A stretch of 58,931 nt of DNA, counting the filler, from Sphacelaria rigidula (Eukaryota), in the NCBI GenBank assembly GCA_964200075.2. It is 9 parts of 9 records of this genome, joined end to end, with 100 filler letters (N's around TTAATTAATTAA, not from the genome) between each part and the next. Parts side by side here need not be neighbours in the genome. Positions count along the whole stretch, not along the records: positions 45,915 to 52,373 come from CAXNAA020019954.1; positions 52,474 to 58,931 come from CAXNAA020019955.1; 7 more parts are not named here. One strand, given 5' to 3'. The translations under genes and the position numbers were made by a program. The number at the start of each line of letters is the position of its first letter. Position 1 is the stretch's first letter. The notes beneath the pieces were generated by a model that was given only the letters and a program-made list of their open reading frames with translations, did no database searches and was not told the DNA's origin. Shown here piece by piece: positions 50,493 through 58,931 of this stretch.

Positions 50493-51747
50493 CGCCGAGA
50501 GATGCATTTCCAACTACATGTCAACACAGAATGAAAAAGTGCTCCCCCGCCCACCCCCTGTCCCCTTTCATCGTCCCCCCGACCACCCGTAACCTAGAGA
50601 TGAGTACTGACTAAAGAACGGGAAATCCTCAACTCCGCAGTCCTCCTACCCTCTGCCACCCCGGGGTATATGCAAAGCCCAAAACCCGTGGACGGGCCGG
50701 GCCACATCGTGACACGGCGTATACAGCACGAGCTAGGGGGATTTCATCCCCTCCCCCCATCCCTGACACGAACCATTATGTACCCACTTCGCCTCTCCGG
50801 TCTTCATCTACATCAAATTCCACCAGACGGCACGCACGGAACGGAAGCTACTATATTAATGACAAAAGGCGTACAAACAGATGGTGGCACCATAAGAATA
50901 AAAAAAATGTTTTTTTGTTTCGGGTTTTTTTTTCTTCATTTCGTAACAACCTGACAAGACGCTACTGTACATTTATCGCTATCGTTACACCCATGGTACT
51001 AGGCCACATCAACCACCGTAACGAACCAGAGCCACAACAACAACCACAAAAAACAACGGATTCGGTGCGGCTGCTTGTTTTCGCCACCCAAAAGGCGAAG
51101 GCAAGAATATGGAAAGAACATGAAGGAACAGCGATATATCTGTGTGCCGGGCACGGCATCCCGGGAAACACGCACCTGAAACCTCGCACGCCTCCCCCCC
51201 CTTCCCCCCCTCCCCGCGCTCAACTGAATCGAAGCGCTTCGCAAAAATGATGCAAAAATGATGCAAAAATGAACGATAATGCCCTGACCGCAGCATGTCT
51301 GGATCTTCCTCCTGTCATTTTTTTCTCGAAAGACTCGATTTTTTCGAGTCTACTTCTGCCATATTCTCTCTTGGCAATCCATCATGTCTCCCTCCCCCCT
51401 AACCGATCTAACCGGTACTGCAAGAAGCAAAGGGTTCAGGACAACGTTAACAACATGTACCCTACAACGTCGACGCCGGATGATCAGTATATATATATAT
51501 ATATGCAGTGTGAAAAAATACTCACGCACACAGAGGAATCGGTATCCTATCGCGTGTTCCTTCCCCCCTCCCCCCCGCCATCCGGAAGTGGCAACACCAG
51601 AAAATGAAGCAACTCATTGGAGGCTACCATCCAAATGCAAGATAATCAGCACGTTTCGGGCCGAAAAATCTTCGCAGGATGCAGCTCACCCGCCATGCGC
51701 CTCGCCGAACACATGACGGCGCTTCGCGCTTGGTGATCAATTAGATG

Positions 51748-52127
51748 CGAGCCTGATCCGGTGAAACCCGGCGTGCTCCGTCCCGGCTGTGTAGGGATGC
51801 GAGGTCAATTACCTAATGACCATGGCATGCAAGATCATGAGTCCCCCCCCCCCCGCCATCCCCCGCCATCCCCCACCACAAGTGATGTGATCGTGACTTA
51901 CTTCATGGCTTTGCACCCACGTGAACCGCTGCCCCGCCGGATATCACCATTCAAAACAAGCTCTGCATGCGAAACGTGGACCTCAGAAACAAACACATTT
52001 CGCATAACACTAATCAGCTACTACTTCCCCTCGAGCCTGATCCGGCGAAAACCCGGCGTGCTCCGTCCCGGCCTTGTAGGGATGCGAAATGAATGCACCA
52101 ATGATTATGGCATGTATGATCATGAGC
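51748..52127. repeat. Dispersed duplication of ~95 bp, about 284 bp apart
   Basis: cgagcctgatccgg.gaaa.cccggcgtgctccgtcccggc..tgtagggatgcga occurs at 51748 and 52032. Confidence 0.85.
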
Positions 52128-52373
52128 ATGAACACCCCCTCCCTCCCTGGCCCCTCAATAGCCTCATGACCACGACATGCAGACTCTCGAGCGCACCCCC
52201 CCTCCCCTCTTCTTCTCTAATCCGCACTCTTCAGGAATTCCATGAACTCTCGCCCTTGTGCCGAACAAAAACTATAACCGAGGGGTCGCAGCGGGCGGAG
52301 CGCACCGTCGTTAAGCCCCCCCCCCCCCCCCACCCCCCGAAAGACCCCAAAACAACAAACAAACACAACAAAA

Positions 52374-52473
52374 NNNNNNNNNNNNNNNNNNNNNNNNNNN
52401 NNNNNNNNNNNNNNNNNTTAATTAATTAANNNNNNNNNNNNNNNNNNNNNNNNNNNNNNNNNNNNNNNNNNNN
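52374..52473. other. Artificial contig linker
   Basis: 44N-TTAATTAATTAA-44N. Confidence 0.98.
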
Positions 52474-52923
52474 TGACACACGTATAAGCCTCTTTTTTCG
52501 TGCAACCAAATACCCCCCCCATATCGTAGGATGACTCCATGGACGTAGGCACCGAACGGATTTTCGGAAAAAACAATTCACCGCATTTCTATCCTGATGG
52601 TTGGGATACATTTTGACTGAGGACATCGTAAACCCTGACTCTACAGTAGAACGCGAATCTCGCACCCCCGAGTTCAGATGGTTCCCCCCGAGACTGTCCG
52701 GCATACTCTCGAGATTGATGGTGCATCACCCTCAGAAATGAGGAACTGCAACCTAGCCGCACACGATTGACTCGCGGGTCGCCGACTGCTCTCTGCTGTT
52801 GTCTACGAGTACACGGGTGCAAATGCGTGTTCATGTACTCGCACTCCGTACAGACACCGAGCCCTGTTCGCTTTTCGACATACTAGAGACTGTTCCGCGT
52901 GTTCGTTGTTGACGTGGACCCAG

Positions 52924-55765
52924 GTGGTGCTGGTGGCCCTAGCGTGGTGTCACCACGTGACGAACGGAGCGATCGGACAGATGCTACAGAATCAGCGATA
53001 GAGGGGAGCTCTATTAACAAGGGTACCCCGGGCGTGCATCGCAGTAGCGACGGGGGCAGCGGGCTGGAGGGAGGGGCTGAAAGTGTAAAAGAGCCGCGAA
53101 AGGAAGGAGACGCTGGTGAAAATGATGACGAGGAAGAGGACGAGGAGACCACGTGTCCTTTTTGCTTGTTCCAGCGACGGGGGCCATGCGGGACACAATT
53201 CAGATCCTGGGAAAAGTGAGGGGCGTAATATAAGTGTACATATTTTCACCGGGTTTTCCCTACAGCCGTTCGTCTGTGATTCGTAGGGTGTGATGAGAAC
53301 ATCCGCGGTGACAGGTTATGCACTTGTCTCGATGGACGACAGGAGCCCCAAGCTGACACAACCAAGTGTTTCTTTTTGAAGCTTTCCTCGAAGAACACCC
53401 TTGTTCTCCCTCGTATAATATTTTGCTTGTCCGCCTGTACAGTGTTGGGCAATCACGTCAACTCTGCTGTCATGTGCGAATCACTCCTCCAATTTGTTGA
53501 CAAAAAGTGGTATCTTTGGTGCCCGTATCAAACGACCAGCTGTATATTGCTGTGCCAAGCAGGTGCATCGCTCGAGCCAAGAAAAACGACGAGGATTTTG
53601 TTTCTAAATGTGCGGCAGACACTAGATTTCTCATGGGATGCATGGATAAGCATCCAGAGTACTACACAATACAGGTGGGTTGTCACATTTTCAGTTTGTT
53701 TTTCTCCTGGGTAAGCTTCTTCACTTTGTGTGCACTCCTATCCCTCGCTAAATGCGACATACTTTACACAGGCGCCGCCGCTTACTTCCTTGCTGTCGTT
53801 GCTGTGAGATATGTGGAGTCCCCTGTAATCGCTAAAACGGGGGTCTTGGATTTCTCTCATGAATTGCAAATCCATTTTAAACATGTCCGGGCTTGTTCGA
53901 AAGCTGTAGCCAGAGGTCTTCAGATGCGCCGTATCTACTGTGTAGGAGAGTTGAGGTGCAGGCCGGAATGCCACCAAATGAATAGGCCAAACTGTTCTGA
54001 AATGTGGAAAAACCCGGATTTTGCACCACCGCCCAACTCTCCTACGGGTTGGACCTGGGTATTTTGAACGCTTTGTTACCAGAGCAAGCTCATCCATGTT
54101 GAGTCGGACCGGAAATATATGGAAAACAATCAATATTTATGACGCGACAAAAAATCACCAACGAACAGCTTTCCTCAGCTAATTTCAAGGCGCACAATTA
54201 GACACGAGTTTATCCGTGGGAGGTGATATTCATAAGTCACAGTTTCACACACATACGTGCGCGGTGAATGTACACCCCACGTTTAATCCTTACATTTAGG
54301 TTTTAGACACTAGGGGCGGCGTTGTAGGGCACTTCGCAGTTCGTGTACTAATGGTAATTTTCCAGTAAATTTGCTGCACCTTGGTCTTTATTTACCGATT
54401 GCGCCGCAGGGTATCTATAGTCCGCAGTACACTGTCGTGTCTACTGCGCGAAGCGCGCAATACGTACAAATCCTTCAACACCGAGGCTACAAGGTCAGAG
54501 TAGTCACTCTAAGTGAGGACGTGTTCGGCTTTTGGAAGCCGTTATTGTATGGCGTTCTGTAGCACCTACCGATCAACTCTTCTCTGTTGTACCACACTGT
54601 CCTGCACTGCACTGCACTGCACTGCACTGTACAGACTACAAAGTACGGCAGGCCTGTACAGATGCTGCATACCCGCAAGCAACCAAGCCACGGCATCTTG
54701 GTATGGATGCCACGCTGATTGACAACGTCTTGCAATGGGGAGCAACGAGATTTTTTTCCTTGGGTTCGATCGTACAGTAGATACTTCTTCTCCTTGATTT
54801 CGGCAAAAATTTCCGTTCATGTTTTCTGTCGAAATGATGAGAATTTTGGGAGATCGATGAAATATAAACTTGAACGTCAATATATCGTAAGTCTTTTTCC
54901 AGAGTATTTTCAAAATAAGCTATTGCCGAATTTTTGGGAGATTACAGGTAATTCTACCGTAGATGATGTGCACACGTTTTGTCATCAGGTGCATATGGCA
55001 GCAATGTGCGTACCAAATCAGAACCACAGACACGACAAGATGAAGCAAGATTTCAAGATTTCACGAAACTTGAAAAAATTCGTGAGGAGGGATCAACTCT
55101 CAGTTCCCAACCGCCACAGTTGTACAGCAACATAAAACATATTGCTGTTTCTATGCTGTGCGACTACCAATTCGTTGTCAGTTTGTGGCAGCACTCGGTT
55201 TGCATTCTTTAGCGCGAGAAAGTATCAGCAATCAGAGTTCACAAACTTAGTGGGGACGAATCAAAATCAATTCTATGCTTGTATCAGCCGATTTGAACAG
55301 CAGCAATCGCCGAGTACAGCGGGTGGCTTGCTGCTGCTTGTATTTTCGTAGTAAACTGCTCCAGTGTGCGTTGATGCAGTTGGTGCCCTCGGTGTCCGCA
55401 TGTGAGAGAACTCCATCAATAGCCATTTAAACCTGAATGTCTACAGTAGTAGTTGTCTAGTCACGTGAATGTGCCACATTCAAGATGGTGCTGCGCAGAG
55501 TAGTGATGAAAATTGTGTTGGTCATATTTGCTGTTTGATTTGATTGATTGAATGATTTTCGCACTTACTTTAACTGACCACCCTGTTGCGACGGATATGT
55601 CCAACAACATGGTTGATTTGATCGCGTGTGTTGCAGGAAGATGCCGAGGATGACCAGCAGGACAACGCTACCACCCCTTCCAACAATGAGGAAAACAGCG
55701 TAGCTGCTGCTGTTGCCGGAGACCAAGAAACTCGCGTTGTAGACAACCTCGGCGCGTCACAATGA
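52924..55765 (+). CDS. GCK-domain / twin CX9C (CHCH, Mia40-like) protein; exons 52924-53215, 53563-53674 and 55637-55765; 5' exon(s) not identified
   Basis: Phase-compatible splicing gives ..DDEEEDEETTCPFCLFQRRGPCGTQFRSWEK|CIARAKKNDEDFVSKCAADTRFLMGCMDKHPEYYTIQ|EDAEDDQQDN..LGASQ*. It has CxxC followed by two CX9C motifs and an HPEYY end. Confidence 0.88.
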
Positions 55766-57174
55766 CACGTTCGTGTTGCGTGCATCCAGCGTGATGTGTC
55801 TAGAATCGAACTTTCCGGCAGGGTTGCTTGATCGTCTTTTGTATTATTGTTTGCTCACATGTTTCTTATTTTGAGGTCGTTGAAAGTACGTTTATCGCTG
55901 ACACTTGTGAATTAGCGCACTTGATCTCGTGGTAAAGCTCTAAATTCGTATAACTGGCCTTGATCCAGGCACAACGGTAGTAGACAGAGGTTCACAGGTG
56001 TGTCCTCGGAGGATGTGCACACAGTACACCCAGGCCAATTGCTCAGATGCCTGATAGCACAGCGCCAGAGAGCGCGCCCTTGTAGCAACCGGCTAGTGGA
56101 CGTTCAATGAATCGTCGTCCTCACGGTAGTCAAGAGGAAGAAGAGAAATATCAACATAACCCTCGTCGGCGCTCAACAATGTTTTCGTGAGACTGTGGAG
56201 CTAGCGTTGGATGAGAGTGAGTATTATCATTCGCGCTTACCTGACCCAATTTTTTATTTGTGCGTGCTTTTATTTGCGTATAGTACTGTCGTGTGCTTAC
56301 AACTACACGTCGATATCCCAATCAGAGATATCGAACTGTTCAGTGGCAAACTATTACTACTACAGAAGGCGTATCGGGCCTTCTTCGTTCATTAATTGAC
56401 CGCTTCTCACACTCAATTGCATCCTATAATAGACTCTCAATCTTATGAAAACATATTTGTGTGTCTCATCTCGTTTTTTCAAACACGACTTCTGAACAGC
56501 GTCGGCTTGTGTTTTATTCCAATTTCACTTCGTGGGTTTGGCTTCTGCTCCGGGTAATAAATCCGACCACCCGGTTTTTTGCAACTCGATCGTTGCGACT
56601 CGTTTTTTGCTACACTTTTTTCCACTCTCAAACCCCTACTGATTCCGGTTTTTGAGGGAAAACTTTGTCAAAGAGAATCCAACCGCATCTTGCTCCAAGG
56701 TACACTTGGACACACAGCAGTTGTTGCTCTCTACCTAGTATCATCCTCCAAATCGAAGTCTTGAGTAGGAACGCCCAGCGTGCAGCTGCTTGACGCGACC
56801 ACTGCGTTCCGCTACGGACCCTTTCCCATGTACCTGACAAGGGGGCAACAGCCCGTACAGACAATAGCAATACTAGCGGATCCTGCGAGTACGTCCCGAC
56901 AGTCTGGTAGCCGGCAAGGTAGTTATGGTAGTATCCTTCTAGCGATATCAACTTATGGTGCACTGGAGCAGGGTTTGCAGGTGAATATTTGGGCGATTGC
57001 CTCACCTGCAGTTCGCCCAGATGTGGCGATTTTTTTCACGATCTCACTGCGTAACAATACATACATGTGGACGTGTACCAGACCCCGCGTTATAGGTCGA
57101 AATGTTCAAGAACCTGCAGGGGGCAGCGCGGAGAAAAGTTTCGGATACGTAGCCCCCCCCCCCCACACACACCC

Positions 57175-58400
57175 TTTTAAAAAAAGGAGACGAGGCTGAC
57201 CCACGAAACTACAGAGGAATAACGCTACTGAGCACGGTAGGGGAAACGTTATGTAAGATTCTGAACGATAGAGGAGAAAATATGCTAGAAAAGGAAGAGA
57301 AAATCAGCAAGGTACAAGCAGGATTTAGACCAAACCGTAGTTGCGTAGACCATGTGACACACTAAGTACGATTATACAGGGTAGGCAACACACCGGACGG
57401 GCAACGCACTGTTTCTTTCTGGACGTGCAAAAAGGTTATCACACAATATGGAGAAATGGGTTGTGGAAAAATGTGTGGGAAGCTGGGATCAGAGGAAAGA
57501 TGTGGAGAATGGTGAAGATGACAGAACGTGCCAAAAGTGCCATGATGCTAGACGGGAATTATCGAAATATTTCGATATCTTACAAGAAGTTGCACAAGGA
57601 TGTACGCTATCACCTACTTTGCTCAAGGTATTCATTAATGACCTGATGATTGCAATAGAAGCAGCAAAGCAAGGGGTTCAGGTGGGTAAAGATATGGTAT
57701 CAGGATTGATGTTCGCGGATGATTTTGTGGGGAGTCCAGAAACACCAGAAGAATTACAGACACAGATAGACAAGGCGCTCGAATACACTTGGAGATGGAG
57801 AGTGACAGCGAGCGTCAACAAATGTGCAGTACTCGTCTGTAACGAAGATGAGAAAAATCCGGTAGAGTTCAAATGGAAGCGGGGAAAAGAGGAATTGCCG
57901 ATGGTGAACCAATATACAAATCTTGGCGGAAAGATGTCAAGAAAGTGTTCTCGGGATGCATACATGAACCAAGTGATAAAAAAGGGAAAGGCACATATAG
58001 GCAAAATGGACGTGATCGTTAGAGACCCGCGCCTAGACACTAGAATTAAGAGATGTATCCTGATGAACGTGATCGTACCACAGCTGGAATATGCAGGAGA
58101 AGTACGGGAGGGGAACGCGAAGTTGGTGGAGAGGTTGGAAACAGTACAGGTGGCAGCAGCTAAGAAGATACTTGGATGCTCGAAAACGACCAGTAATACA
58201 GTTTTGGGAGCTGAGTTGGGAATGTACTCACTTATAACAGAGACGTGAGGAAATTGCGATGGCAATATAGCGTAAAGAACATGCAGGGAAAGAGATTGCC
58301 AGCTATAGTAGACAGGGCTGTATGGAGGAAAAGTCTGAAAGGCCGTGCTATAAGGTGGGGAATGAAGAAGTCGAGAAAGTGTGGGAGGAAATGGGAGGAA
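57175..58400 (+). mobile_element. 5'-truncated, frameshifted non-LTR retrotransposon (LINE) reverse transcriptase
   Basis: KKGDEADPRNYRGITLLS, QAGFRPNRSCVDH, FLDVQKGYHTIWRNGLW, VAQGCTLSPTLLKVFINDL and LMFADDFV motifs. Confidence 0.93.
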
Positions 58401-58931
58401 TCGGAAGGTTCACGCGCATTGTTTTCTAATACGAACGGTATCTTTTCGATTTCTGTTCCGTTTTCCACGCACTGCCTGATGCCAATCCCAGAAAAGTTTG
58501 GTATTGCTGTTCGACGGTATATTTTCGTGTTTAGCGGGAACGGAGGCGGCCACCTTCTTTCAGGTCTTGACAGTCGTTCGAATTGGGTGGATGAAGTTTA
58601 GAAAACTCAACTGTTCAGCTTTCATACCCATTGCGAACTTCGGTCGGGAGTAAGTACGGTAGCAACGAAAGCTGGCTATGATCGGGTTTCCTGCCGTACT
58701 ACCGACAGCGTTGCGTGAAAGCCACAAAACATTTAACAGTCGATCCTAATTTTTGGGGTTGAAACAAAAAATGAGGTTGAAGTCCCATTTCTCTATTGCA
58801 GGGAAGATACGAAAGAGTAACAGAGCGAAAGTATCTTCTCCCCTCAAACTCCGCAGGAGGGCTTAACCGTCAGACCGCGAGAGTAGGTCACCTGCTGAAT
58901 CGGCATCAATATTCACTTGGAAAAAGTACAC

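Noticed and set aside
57678..58265. 195-aa minus-strand ORF
   Set aside because: It is the antisense shadow of the LINE RT frame.

Overview
The window is eukaryotic, TE-rich DNA with GT-AG introns. The intron style and TE types suggest a stramenopile such as a brown alga; this is inference. It is not one locus. Nine unplaced contigs (6460, seven of 6459, and 6458 bp, so size-sorted) are joined by eight artificial 100-bp linkers (44 N + TTAATTAATTAA + 44 N), so adjacency across a linker has no biological meaning. Contig 1 (1-6460): exons of an ADP-ribosylglycohydrolase gene, a MITE and palindromic minisatellite arrays. Contig 2 (6561-13019): a multi-exon Sola1-like/DUF7869-type DDD transposase with one stop and one frameshift. 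Contig 3 (13120-19578): decayed Ty3/gypsy pol. Contig 4 (19679-26137): a complete pol-less LTR element with a 5-bp TSD, and a foldback element. Contig 5 (26238-32696): a fragmented, intron-containing tyrosine-recombinase-like gene (Crypton-like candidate) that the ORF track does not reveal. Contig 6 (32797-39255): a SINE head, a copia RT remnant and a decayed gypsy gag-pol. Contig 7 (39356-45814): a tRNA-derived SINE whose microsatellite tail holds an internally deleted gypsy element, with a Helitron-like 3' end beyond it. Contig 8 (45915-52373): a gypsy fragment, repeats, a MITE and low-complexity sequence. Contig 9 (52474-58931): a spliced GCK-domain/twin-CX9C (Mia40-like) gene and a LINE RT remnant. 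The best novelty candidates are the spliced tyrosine recombinase, the spliced DDD transposase and the CxxC + twin-CX9C protein. All family assignments rest on motifs read by eye, not on database searches.
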